In this document: piece after piece, positions 28,354 to 37,654 of the stretch | Layout: each line of letters opens with the position of its first letter | Position numbering within the stretch: the first letter of the stretch is position 1 | Origin: an uncultured Candidatus Saccharibacteria bacterium | GTDB taxonomy: Bacteria > Patescibacteriota > Minisyncoccia > SW-4-49-11 | Assembly: GCA_964585065.1 (NCBI GenBank) | Contig: CAZPCB010000002.1 | Coordinates: forward strand, 1,006-65,005 | Reading direction: 5' to 3' | DNA: 64,000 bases | Program-made: the position numbers and the translations under genes | Notes under the pieces: model-generated | Told to the model about the DNA's origin: nothing | Seen by the model: the letters and a program-made list of their open reading frames with translations, nothing else | The model's database searches: none

Positions 28354-28749
28354 ATGTTATACGAAATCACCTATATCCTAAAGCCTGAGCTTACTAATGA
28401 GGAGCAAATTGCTATCAATTCCGTAGTATCAGAGCAGATCAAATCCCTTGAGGGAAAGCCCAATGAGACCGAGAGAACATTTTCAGCCGAAAGAGGTGGT
28501 ACCGATGAAAATAATCTTCGAAAATTCGCTTATCCAATTAAGCATTATAGACAAGGTTATTATTACACAACTACTTTTGAATTAGACCCCAGCAAACTCA
28601 GTACTCTTGAGAGCTCTTTGTCTCGAGAAGCTGCTATACTACGATTCTTAATCGTAAAAGATTTTCTTAAATTAAGCGAAATCCCCGTAGAAGCTATTGC
28701 TGAGAAAGCAAAAGAAGAAACTCCTACCGAAGCTCCTAAAGTTGAATAA
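28354..28749 (+). CDS. rpsF: 30S ribosomal protein S6
   Basis: The sequence from MLYEITYILKPEL onward matches the S6 pattern (M..YE..., KFAYPI ~ RLAYPI). The track start at 28240 is probably too far upstream. Confidence 0.75.
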   Translation: MLYEITYILKPELTNEEQIAINSVVSEQIKSLEGKPNETERTFSAERGGTDENNLRKFAYPIKHYRQGYYYTTTFELDPSKLSTLESSLSREAAILRFLIVKDFLKLSEIPVEAIAEKAKEETPTEAPKVE

Positions 28750-28768
28750 ACATTAATATAATTACTGT

Positions 28769-29245
28769 ATGTATTTAAATAAAGTCTATCTTATTGGAAA
28801 TCTTACTCAAGATCCTGAGTTCAAAGCTTTACCAAATGGATCATCTGTATCAAGTTTTAGCCTCGCCACCAATCGCACATGGGTTGATAAGCAAGGACAA
28901 AAGCAAGAAACAGCTGAATATCACAATGTAGTAGCTTATGGAAAGCAGGCTGATACTATTAGCCAATATCTCAGAAAAGGTTCTCTCATCCTTGTAGAAG
29001 GACGATTACAAACCCGATCTTGGGAAGCTCAAGATGGACAAAAAAAATATCGCACAGAAATTATCATTGAGTCATTTCAATTTGGACCAAAAGGATCATC
29101 AGGAGCAGGAGCTGCTTCAAGTCCAGCATCTAGGTCAAGCGCTCCTAAGCCTGCCGCTTCAAAACCAGTCGCTAACATTCAGGAAGAACTTCCTACTGTC
29201 AACCTAGATGAGGATGAAATCGACTTAGAAGAAATTCCATTTTAA
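28769..29245 (+). CDS. ssb: single-stranded DNA-binding protein
   Basis: OB-fold N-terminus (NKV.LIGNL..DPE), acidic C-terminal tail [12 protein letters not shown]. Confidence 0.85.
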   Translation: MYLNKVYLIGNLTQDPEFKALPNGSSVSSFSLATNRTWVDKQGQKQETAEYHNVVAYGKQADTISQYLRKGSLILVEGRLQTRSWEAQDGQKKYRTEIIIESFQFGPKGSSGAGAASSPASRSSAPKPAASKPVANIQEELPTVNLDEDEIDLEEIPF

Positions 29246-29259
29246 TTAATTTACCACGT

Positions 29260-29484
29260 ATGAGAACGAACAATAAGAAGAAAGTCCCTAAGGTATGCTA
29301 TTTTAGCACTAATAATGTTGCAATAGACTATAAGGATGCAGTTACCTTGAAGATGTTTTTAACTCCTCAAGCTAAAATCGTAGCCTCACGCCGAACAGGA
29401 ACTCGAGCAAATCATCAGAGAAATCTATCTAAGGCTATGAAAAGAGCTCGATTTTTATCAATTATCCCTTATGTAACAAGATAA
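29260..29484 (+). CDS. rpsR: 30S ribosomal protein S18
   Basis: 74 aa; conserved S18 core; rpsF-ssb-rpsR gene order. Confidence 0.8.
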   Translation: MRTNNKKKVPKVCYFSTNNVAIDYKDAVTLKMFLTPQAKIVASRRTGTRANHQRNLSKAMKRARFLSIIPYVTR

Positions 29485-29488
29485 ATCT

Positions 29489-29758
29489 ATGCCTATTACA
29501 CAATCAGCTATCAAAGCACATCGACAATCTCTTAAAAAGAATGCCGAGAATACCATTGTAAAGAAAAGACTAAAAGCTTCTGTAAAGGAGTTTATAGGAT
29601 ATCTTTCAACTGATATTACAAAAGCCAAGGAATTCATCCCTAATGTCTATAAAGCAATTGATAAGACTGCTAAGCGAGGAATCTTAAAAAAGAACTCTGC
29701 AGCCCGTAAAAAATCACGTCTTATGACCAAGCTTAATCAAGCATTAACTGAGAAATAG
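29489..29758 (+). CDS. rpsT: 30S ribosomal protein S20
   Basis: 89 aa; basic helical protein with N-terminal ..SAIKAHRQS.. Confidence 0.7.
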   Translation: MPITQSAIKAHRQSLKKNAENTIVKKRLKASVKEFIGYLSTDITKAKEFIPNVYKAIDKTAKRGILKKNSAARKKSRLMTKLNQALTEK

Positions 29759-29802
29759 ACACAATATATTTACTAGTATATATATTGTTGTGTGCTAAAC
29801 TA

Positions 29803-29831
29803 AAAAGCCCCTGATTTAAAGGGGTTTTTTA
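29803..29831. terminator. bidirectional terminator (aaaaagcccctgatttaaaggggtttttt)
   Basis: Stem gcccct/aggggt with A/T runs on both sides, between convergent rpsT and 29833-30948. Confidence 0.65.
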
Positions 29832-29832
29832 G

Positions 29833-30948
29833 TTATCTGTTAGCAGGTATTGGACTACCTATAGAATACTGTTTTATTAATCTATCTGGTATGGTTATTA
29901 CAAGGTCCGGTCTAAATGCATAAGAAGTTAATATGTCTAGACTATTTACAGGTCTTATGATATTTCCTTCAAAAACATATATTTGTGAAGAGTTTTGAGA
30001 CTTGACAAGAGTATATAATGCAGGAACCCTTGTATTTTTACCTATATTACTAGAGTTATTAGTTGGGATATTGTTCATATCAAAAGTACTAGCAGGCTTT
30101 ACTTGCCCCCAAGAAAGTCCTAGGCTCTCAAAAATTTCTGGGCTATATATTGGTACTTTTTTATTATTTTCAGTTACCCATACTGTACCCTCTCCTGATA
30201 TCAAAACACCATCTCGAATAGTAACATCTCCTTTTTCACTTGGATTATATACAGGTGCTACAGGAAGAGATAAATCTACCGTTTCATTCCACTTAAACCT
30301 CGATTCAAATACTAAAGGAGATGGTATGTATCTTCTCTTATCATCCTCAACTAAATACATTTTACCTCCTCCTGTTTTAATCACCACTCCATCTGGATAA
30401 TTAGATGTAATAGTTACGAGTTCTCCTAGTGGATGAAGATTGAGTTCAGCATCAGATACAGCTTTAATATTACTCCACTTAAAGCCTAATCTGAGAAAAG
30501 CAGCTGGAGAAGCTATAGGCCTTCTAAGTCCATTTGAGATAATATAAACTGTACCTTTATTAGACAATAAAGACCCATCTCTAAATTTTAATTGCTCTCC
30601 ATCAGGAATAGAAGCTATATCCTCTCTAGAAGTTACAATTAAACTATTCCAGTTTAATCCTCTAGATTCTACTATAGCTGGGGACTCTATTGGTCTTTTT
30701 TTAAAATTATCTAGATAATAAACTTTTGGATTAGTGTTTGATTTAATTAGATTTCCGTTAGGAAAAGCCTTACCTGCTATTTCATTATATTCTGCAATAT
30801 CTACTAAATTTTCAGGGTCTGCACAGCCAGGTACATCATCAGCTCTAAATATTGTACAGGTTGCAGTGACTGCCTCACCATAAGGTACAAAAACAAAAAA
30901 TATCCCGATAAATATTGAGCTTAATAATAATTCTTTCTTTAATTTCAT
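29833..30948 (-). CDS. secreted protein with four internal ~50-aa repeats
   Basis: Signal peptide/TM (LLLSSIFIGIFFVFVPYGEA); repeated motif G.(V/M)Y....(N/D)..RPI.SP..F.S.G..W..V occurs four times. Confidence 0.5.
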   Translation of the reverse strand: MKLKKELLLSSIFIGIFFVFVPYGEAVTATCTIFRADDVPGCADPENLVDIAEYNEIAGKAFPNGNLIKSNTNPKVYYLDNFKKRPIESPAIVESRGLNWNSLIVTSREDIASIPDGEQLKFRDGSLLSNKGTVYIISNGLRRPIASPAAFLRLGFKWSNIKAVSDAELNLHPLGELVTITSNYPDGVVIKTGGGKMYLVEDDKRRYIPSPLVFESRFKWNETVDLSLPVAPVYNPSEKGDVTIRDGVLISGEGTVWVTENNKKVPIYSPEIFESLGLSWGQVKPASTFDMNNIPTNNSSNIGKNTRVPALYTLVKSQNSSQIYVFEGNIIRPVNSLDILTSYAFRPDLVITIPDRLIKQYSIGSPIPANR

Positions 30949-30981
30949 ATTATTGTATTATATTTTATATACTTATATTAT

Positions 30982-30993
30982 CCCCCCCCCCCC
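30982..30993. repeat. homopolymeric C12 tract (G12 on the coding strand) 34 bp upstream of the 29833-30948 start
   Basis: tta-tcccccccccccc-gattttg; unique in this AT-rich window. Confidence 0.9.
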
Positions 30994-31049
30994 GATTTTG
31001 TATAGACTAGTTATCCACAATTTAAATAGTTGTTATAATATAATCCTAG

Positions 31050-32072
31050 CTACATATTCATTTGTAGGACAATCGATTTCAATTTTTCATAAGAATCCTT
31101 ACCTTCAAATTTAATTTCATAGTCTCCTTGTATTAGATTTAAATATATTTTTTTGAGGTCTTTAGAGTTCCAAGACTGAATATTCTGAGCAGTTATTTTG
31201 AGTATATAGGGATGACCTTTTACATAATCGATATATTGTTTTTGGCTTTCCTGAGACATTTTGATAATAAGTGCTGTCTTGATTTGGGATAATAATAATC
31301 CATATACTTTTATCCCTTCTATACCTTGTTTTTGAAGAAAGTTTAATGTTGCAATATATGTGCCATAATTCCTTGCATATATTGATTCAGCTAAAGAAAA
31401 TATACTATATGATTGCTCTTGTGGGAGTATTACTTTGAGCATTTCAACCGTAATAGGCTTATTTTCATAGTAGTTATATAATGTATTTAAGAGCAATTCT
31501 ATTGCATATAAATCTATTTGAAAGGCATTGGCTTTTGATTTTGACCTATTATCTGATTTTTCTTGAGCTAATGTATACTGCGCTTTTTGATAAGAAATAA
31601 GATATATAATACCATCTCTTTTGATATCTATACCCTGCTCTACACTCATTTGATGAATATAAGCTATTACTTTTTGCTCTGATAAAAAAGTATATTCTGT
31701 GTTTTTTGCTTTTACTTGATCTAGAGTTTTTGTTAGTGGATGGGTTTTGAGTATACTTACTGTATCATAAAATAATACAATAATATCTGCATTATCTTTG
31801 AGTATGGATAAACTTTTTTTGATTGTGGTATATAATGCTTTAGGCAGGGAAGCTAATCCTCGAATAATAAGTAATCTTTTTTCAGTAAATAAAGAACTCG
31901 TATTGAGACTTTGTTTTAATCGAGACAATACCATTTCCGGAGTTTCTGGTAATACAATTTCAGTAAAATCAAAGACTTCTTGTTTTGCCTGTTTCTGAAT
32001 TCCTAATTCTTGTATAGAATAAAGTTTTTCTCTTGAACGATACGTATCTGGTCCAGAAATTGATATAATCAC
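31050..32072 (-). CDS. holA: DNA polymerase III delta subunit (HolA-like)
   Basis: 340 aa; SSLFTEKRLLIIRG motif typical of delta; C-terminal helical domain. Confidence 0.55.
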   Translation of the reverse strand: MIISISGPDTYRSREKLYSIQELGIQKQAKQEVFDFTEIVLPETPEMVLSRLKQSLNTSSLFTEKRLLIIRGLASLPKALYTTIKKSLSILKDNADIIVLFYDTVSILKTHPLTKTLDQVKAKNTEYTFLSEQKVIAYIHQMSVEQGIDIKRDGIIYLISYQKAQYTLAQEKSDNRSKSKANAFQIDLYAIELLLNTLYNYYENKPITVEMLKVILPQEQSYSIFSLAESIYARNYGTYIATLNFLQKQGIEGIKVYGLLLSQIKTALIIKMSQESQKQYIDYVKGHPYILKITAQNIQSWNSKDLKKIYLNLIQGDYEIKFEGKDSYEKLKSIVLQMNM

Positions 32073-32091
32073 GATTGTCGCAAGCTAATCA

Positions 32092-33228
32092 CTAATTAAG
32101 CTCCCATTTCAAACTTTGATTTGGTTCGAGAACTTGAATAAAAGTTGATCCCGGAACAAGTGCAATTTCTTCCCCTGCTTCATTATAGAATCTCAAAGTT
32201 CCTTTGAAGCCATCTTTTTTCCAAGTGATAGTCTTTTCTTGACCATTTTGATATATTTTCCCCTCTCCTTTACCATAAAGACTAACCTCATTATATTGTC
32301 CCTCAATTTGTCGAGACTCTGCTCTGATAACAACAATATTTTTAGGGGTAATATCTGCATTATTATTCCCTCTATCAGTATCTTTTTGTCCAGCCCAATA
32401 TCGAGTATAACTATTAGTATCTTTATTATATTGCCAACGAGTTGCGAATACTCCTCCAAACCCTACATATAAAGTTCCATTTTTTGCATTTGCTTTTTCA
32501 GAGTCAATATTTTGATTACTTTGAAAATTATATCCCTCAAAGTCAGTAGTAAGAGAATAACCTCGAGATTTTGCTAAATCTAGAACTTTTGGCAAGGAAG
32601 CAAATCCATTATGAGGAGCTGGGGCTGTGCTTTTACGGAAAAATGGTCCGCTTGATGACATCGCATCAATATCTGATATTTTTCCTAAATCTTCACCAGA
32701 ATATCTCTTCCCGGTTTTGAGCTCATCAAGAGCAAAATGTGATCCTCCCCAATGCACATAAATAGCATCCCAACCTCTAACCAAACTAATATAATCATGT
32801 CTAGCACTGCGAATTGAACCAACTTCTTGTGGTAAATTACATACAAAAACCCCCATTAATCTTGTTACACTACCAGTTATTACAGGCATTTCTACCACAA
32901 TATCTGCCTGACTAAGACCAGATAATGGCCTTGCTACAGCGTCTCCCGCCATCATTACAGCCACAGGTCTTTGTTTATAATTATCACATTGAATACCACT
33001 CAGTGGACTAGCATTGGTAATTTTCTCTTCACTTGACTTTAATATATTCCCAGCCTCATCAGTTTTTACGTCTTGTGTACTCGTAACTGTATCTGAAGAA
33101 ATATCTGGATTTCTTGTAAAGGCATATGCTCCCAAACTAATACCTCCAATTATAATAGTGAGGAATCCATAGACAATATATTTTTGTTTGGTAGTTAATG
33201 TATTCCAACGCTTAAGAAAAGTTTTCAT
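32092..33228 (-). CDS. DUF3048 (YerB-like) family membrane-anchored protein
   Basis: N-terminal TM; RPVAVMMAGD..ARPLSGLSQADIVVEMP resembles the DUF3048 N-terminal domain signature. Confidence 0.45.
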   Translation of the reverse strand: MKTFLKRWNTLTTKQKYIVYGFLTIIIGGISLGAYAFTRNPDISSDTVTSTQDVKTDEAGNILKSSEEKITNASPLSGIQCDNYKQRPVAVMMAGDAVARPLSGLSQADIVVEMPVITGSVTRLMGVFVCNLPQEVGSIRSARHDYISLVRGWDAIYVHWGGSHFALDELKTGKRYSGEDLGKISDIDAMSSSGPFFRKSTAPAPHNGFASLPKVLDLAKSRGYSLTTDFEGYNFQSNQNIDSEKANAKNGTLYVGFGGVFATRWQYNKDTNSYTRYWAGQKDTDRGNNNADITPKNIVVIRAESRQIEGQYNEVSLYGKGEGKIYQNGQEKTITWKKDGFKGTLRFYNEAGEEIALVPGSTFIQVLEPNQSLKWELN

Positions 33229-33229
33229 A

Positions 33230-33610
33230 TTATTGTAATAATTGATTAATCTTTGCTACTATTTCAGTGGGGGAATAATGTGCTTTAATAACATAATCGA
33301 TTGCACCCAATTTTAAAGCTTTGGTAATATAGTTTTGTTCATTAAGATTACTCATTATTACAATTTTAGAATTAATAGTATCTGGCTTTTTTTTCTTATA
33401 TTCTTCTAATACTTCAAAGCCCGTCTTGATCGGAAGCATAATATCCAAAAGAACAATGTCATATTCTTGAGTTAATAATTTTTTCAGCCCCTCTTCACCA
33501 TTTGAAGCCTCGGTTACCTGATATTTAGAATCACGTAATTTGATACCAACTAATTCTCGGAGAAAGATATCATCTTCTATGAGTAATACTGTTTTTTTAT
33601 TTTCTGCCAT
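33230..33610 (-). CDS. stand-alone response-regulator receiver (CheY-like) domain protein
   Basis: 126 aa; VLLIEDD, DIVLLDIMLP, K near the C-terminus; no output domain. Confidence 0.75.
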   Translation of the reverse strand: MAENKKTVLLIEDDIFLRELVGIKLRDSKYQVTEASNGEEGLKKLLTQEYDIVLLDIMLPIKTGFEVLEEYKKKKPDTINSKIVIMSNLNEQNYITKALKLGAIDYVIKAHYSPTEIVAKINQLLQ

Positions 33611-33715
33611 ATTGAGTATATTCTAAGTTAACTTTATTATATCATATATATTTCATTTGGTGAATATATTTTTATGAGCATTGCTATCATAATATTTAAT
33701 GCTATACTAATAGGT

Positions 33716-35749
33716 ATGAAGTTTAAAATTTCCTCACATTATGAGCCGAAAGGTGATCAACCTCAAGCTATCGACAAATTAAGTCGAGGGCTAGCTGAAG
33801 GGCGAGCACATCAAACCTTGCTAGGAGTAACGGGTTCAGGAAAAACCTTTACTATGGCTCATTTGATTGAAAAAAATCAAAAACCAACTTTAATTATTTC
33901 TCATAATAAAACTCTCGCGGCTCAATTATACCAGGAGTTTCGTGATTTTTTTCCGGAGAACAATGTTCATTACTTTGTATCCTATTATGATTATTATCAA
34001 CCTGAAAGTTATCTTCCCTCTTCTGACACCTATATTGAAAAGGAGTCTATGACCAATGATCAGGTAGAGCGCTTACGGCATGCAGCTACGCAAAGCCTAT
34101 TATCTAATCCTGATACTATTATTATTTCCTCCGTATCTTGTATTTATGGTATTGGGTCACCTGAAGATTATGGAAATTTATCGGTAATTATTGAGATAGG
34201 CCAAAAAATTCAAAGAGATGATTTTATTCGCTCTTTAATTAGTATTCAATATAGCCGTAATGATATTGATTTTAAACCAGGATGTTTTCGTATTAAAGGA
34301 GATGTGGTAGAAATTCATGAGCCCGGGGAAAAGCGTTTAGTTAAAATTAGTTTTTGGGGAGATACTATTGAAACCATTTCTTATAATGAATATCAGGACA
34401 GTATTCTAGAACAACTCCCAGCAAAATATCTCGATAGCTATAGAATATTCCCCGCTACTCATTGGATTTCAACCCGAGCTAAAGTAGATAATATGATTCC
34501 TCTTATTAAGGAAGAGATGGCTATAAGAGTAGATTTTTTTAAAAAGCACAATAAATTAGTAGAGGCTCAGCGTATCGAAGAGAGGGTTAACTATGATGCA
34601 GAAATGTTATCTGAAGTCGGTTTCACTAAAGGAATTGAGAATTATTCTCGCTATTTAACTGGTAGGGCCCCCGGAGAACCGCCTTATACCCTTATTGATT
34701 ATTTTCTTGAATCAGATAGTGAATTTCTTACCCTTGTTGATGAATCTCATATTACCCTACCTCAAATTAGAGGTATGCATAATGGTGATGCTGCTCGCAA
34801 AAAAAACCTGATTGATTTTGGGTTTAGATTACCTTCTGCGGCGGACAATAGGCCTTTAAAATTTTATGAATTTGAGGCTAAAATACCTCGTATTGTGTAT
34901 GTGTCAGCAACTCCTGGAGAATATGAGCTTGCTCATTCTACTAATGATATTGTGCATTCTATTATTGAGTTACAACAATATAAAGAAAGTCCCGATGGTA
35001 TTGCAGAACAAATTATTCGCCCTACCGGACTTTTAGAACCCATTATTGAAATTAGGCCTACAGATAATCAAATTCAAGATATTATTACAGAAATCGGTAC
35101 CATTATTACTAAAGATGAGAGAGTATTAATATTAACTCTTACGAAAAGAATGGCTGAAGATATCACCGACTATCTCAAAGAACGTGGTATTAAAACTGAA
35201 TATTTGCATTCTGATATTGATACCCTAGATAGGCCTGAAATTCTTACCAAATTACGCCAAGGGGAATTTGATGTTTTAGTTGGTATTAATTTACTCCGAG
35301 AAGGACTGGATTTACCAGAGGTATCATTAGTTGCCATTCTGGATGCCGATAAAGAAGGCTTTTTACGTAATGAAACCTCTCTTATTCAAACTATTGGAAG
35401 AGCCGCTCGACATCAAAATGGTAAAGTTATTCTATATGCTAATAAAAGAACCAAATCTATTGAGAGAGCTATTGCTGAGACAAATCGCCGTCGAGATATT
35501 CAAGAAGCTTATAATACCGAGCATGGTATTACTCCACAGGGTATTAAAAAAGATATTCGCTCTAGTATTATAAAAGATAAGAAAAAAGAGCTATTAGAAC
35601 AAAAAATTTCTTCTCTGGATATCTCTGAACGAGAATTTATTATAGAAGAATTAACAAAGCAAATGAATATAGCAGCTCAAGCATTAGATTTTGAAAAGGC
35701 AAAAGATTTACGAGATGAAATTGCCTTAATTAAAGATTTACAGGAATAA
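33716..35749 (+). CDS. uvrB: excinuclease ABC subunit B
   Basis: The sequence from the ATG at 33716 (MKFKISSHYEPKGDQPQAI) matches the UvrB N-terminus; GVTGSGKTFT Walker A; C-terminal UVR domain (DFEKAKDLRDEI). Confidence 0.95.
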   Translation: MKFKISSHYEPKGDQPQAIDKLSRGLAEGRAHQTLLGVTGSGKTFTMAHLIEKNQKPTLIISHNKTLAAQLYQEFRDFFPENNVHYFVSYYDYYQPESYLPSSDTYIEKESMTNDQVERLRHAATQSLLSNPDTIIISSVSCIYGIGSPEDYGNLSVIIEIGQKIQRDDFIRSLISIQYSRNDIDFKPGCFRIKGDVVEIHEPGEKRLVKISFWGDTIETISYNEYQDSILEQLPAKYLDSYRIFPATHWISTRAKVDNMIPLIKEEMAIRVDFFKKHNKLVEAQRIEERVNYDAEMLSEVGFTKGIENYSRYLTGRAPGEPPYTLIDYFLESDSEFLTLVDESHITLPQIRGMHNGDAARKKNLIDFGFRLPSAADNRPLKFYEFEAKIPRIVYVSATPGEYELAHSTNDIVHSIIELQQYKESPDGIAEQIIRPTGLLEPIIEIRPTDNQIQDIITEIGTIITKDERVLILTLTKRMAEDITDYLKERGIKTEYLHSDIDTLDRPEILTKLRQGEFDVLVGINLLREGLDLPEVSLVAILDADKEGFLRNETSLIQTIGRAARHQNGKVILYANKRTKSIERAIAETNRRRDIQEAYNTEHGITPQGIKKDIRSSIIKDKKKELLEQKISSLDISEREFIIEELTKQMNIAAQALDFEKAKDLRDEIALIKDLQE

Positions 35750-36880
35750 ACTTAATATTCCAAAACTAAATATCACAATCATACTAATACCAACCCATTT
35801 TAAATGTCCCAGGCTATAAGCTGGACTTATTTTACTGGTAACTTTTGATCGCCAAAACATTAATACAATTAGTATAGATATTATACTAATTCCTATTCCT
35901 CCCGCATAGCGAATAATAGTATCAAACTCAGCCCAATCTAAGGTAAGTATAGCAATAGGTGGTATTACTGTAATAATGGTAGCTGTTAGTCTTGATATAT
36001 TACCAAAAGAAATATAAGAATCTATTAAAGCAATTCCCATAGTAATAAATGAGGTTATCATGGCTAAAAGTGCAAACACAGTAATAATACCGAGTACCTG
36101 TGGTCCCATTTTTTCTCCAAGAGCTATAGTGGCAACTTTTGTAATATCTGATCCCGCCACACCTATTACCAAAGTAACAAATATACTATACACTAAAACT
36201 GGTATTAATACCCCGAGCTGTATGACTGACTTCATTTGAATAGTTTGTTTTCCTAATATTTTTTTGACCTGTGGGATAGTAATTAGCCCAAAATAAGAAA
36301 ATAGTATTATCCCATATGGAGCAATAGTATCTGTAAATGAAGTCATTGGTTGAATAGAAAATTGAGACCAATCAATACTCTGAGTATATAGAGCTTTTAA
36401 CCATATAGTAATAACAATAAGAACCATACCTATACCAAATACTAATTCCCATTTACTCACTATTTTTAAACTCTTTACAATTAAATAACTTCCAATACTA
36501 AAGAAAACAATTGACCAAGCAAAAGAATTTGCTGGAATAATAGCATTCACTATGTCTCCTGCAGCTCTGATATAGGCTGTCATAGCTCCATATATTACAA
36601 TCATAGTTGCTGTCAGAGATAATAAATACCCTTTTTTTCCAAGATATTTTTTGATCAGTTCGGGTATTTGTAAAAATCCCTTTGTTCTTAAACTCACCTC
36701 TCCAAGCATCAAATGTAGTATCATCATCACCACTCCTAATATCACCAAATATAATATCCCCGTCCAATACCCTGCATAATAAATAGTATATGGAATAGCA
36801 AGGGTTCCAGCACCAATAATAGTACCCGATAATATTGCTACAGCTCTAATAAACTGATATTGTTTTATATTTTTTGTCAT
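35738..36880 (-). CDS. amino-acid permease-like transporter (about 11 TM)
   Basis: 380 aa, polytopic; N-terminal G.GTLAIPY pattern as in HAAAP/amino-acid permeases. Confidence 0.45.
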   Translation of the reverse strand: MTKNIKQYQFIRAVAILSGTIIGAGTLAIPYTIYYAGYWTGILYLVILGVVMMILHLMLGEVSLRTKGFLQIPELIKKYLGKKGYLLSLTATMIVIYGAMTAYIRAAGDIVNAIIPANSFAWSIVFFSIGSYLIVKSLKIVSKWELVFGIGMVLIVITIWLKALYTQSIDWSQFSIQPMTSFTDTIAPYGIILFSYFGLITIPQVKKILGKQTIQMKSVIQLGVLIPVLVYSIFVTLVIGVAGSDITKVATIALGEKMGPQVLGIITVFALLAMITSFITMGIALIDSYISFGNISRLTATIITVIPPIAILTLDWAEFDTIIRYAGGIGISIISILIVLMFWRSKVTSKISPAYSLGHLKWVGISMIVIFSFGILSLFL

Positions 36881-36913
36881 TGTATTTTGTTTATCTGTTT
36901 TTAGTATAACATA

Positions 36914-37582
36914 TCAATCTAAATAGCAATATATGACTAAATTAGGATGGCCCACAATATATTGTAAAGGAAATTCTTTAGGTATATGATTTTGATTAAG
37001 AGAATTAATCAGATAATTATGTTTGTATTCTCCTTTTAATAATACAATTATGAACTCCGAATTAAATATATATTCAGGGCTAAGACTTAATCTCTCCTGA
37101 GTTATATAATTATCAGGAGCATCCGTTATCAGAGCTTTATTATTGGATATATTATCCCAATATTCTCCTCCTGCAAAAAGTGATGCAAAATGTCCGTCTA
37201 ATCCCATACCTAATATTGTTACTCCCAATTGAGTGGGTAATTGCTGTTCTAATTTAATTAATGATTGCTCAATAGTATCCCGATATTGAAATCGTATAAT
37301 ATTGTGTGGATTTATTGTTTGAAAACTTTTTTGTATACTTTTCCAATTTGATTCATCTGTGTTCTCCGGTACATATCTTTCATCTACCTCCACAAGATTT
37401 ACTTTATCCCATTGAATAACTTGTTGAGCTAAAGCTTCATAAATGGGAAATGGAGTAGTGCCTCCTGATACTGCTAAAGAGGTTATTTGATGTTCTTGAA
37501 TACCAATGCTGAGATTTTCTTGAATCCAATTAACACTTGCTTCAATCCATTCTTTTTCACTCGTAAATGTTTGTATATCCAT
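36914..37582 (-). CDS. pgl: 6-phosphogluconolactonase / NagB-fold sugar-phosphate isomerase family
   Basis: LAVSGGTTP and GMGLDGHFASLF motifs; start taken at MDIQTF (ATG at 37582) rather than the track start. Confidence 0.6.
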   Translation of the reverse strand: MDIQTFTSEKEWIEASVNWIQENLSIGIQEHQITSLAVSGGTTPFPIYEALAQQVIQWDKVNLVEVDERYVPENTDESNWKSIQKSFQTINPHNIIRFQYRDTIEQSLIKLEQQLPTQLGVTILGMGLDGHFASLFAGGEYWDNISNNKALITDAPDNYITQERLSLSPEYIFNSEFIIVLLKGEYKHNYLINSLNQNHIPKEFPLQYIVGHPNLVIYCYLD

Positions 37583-37654
37583 ATATATCAGTATAGCATA
37601 AGACCCATAAACTCTATTATATGATATACTATATATACTAAGAAAATTTCCTCT

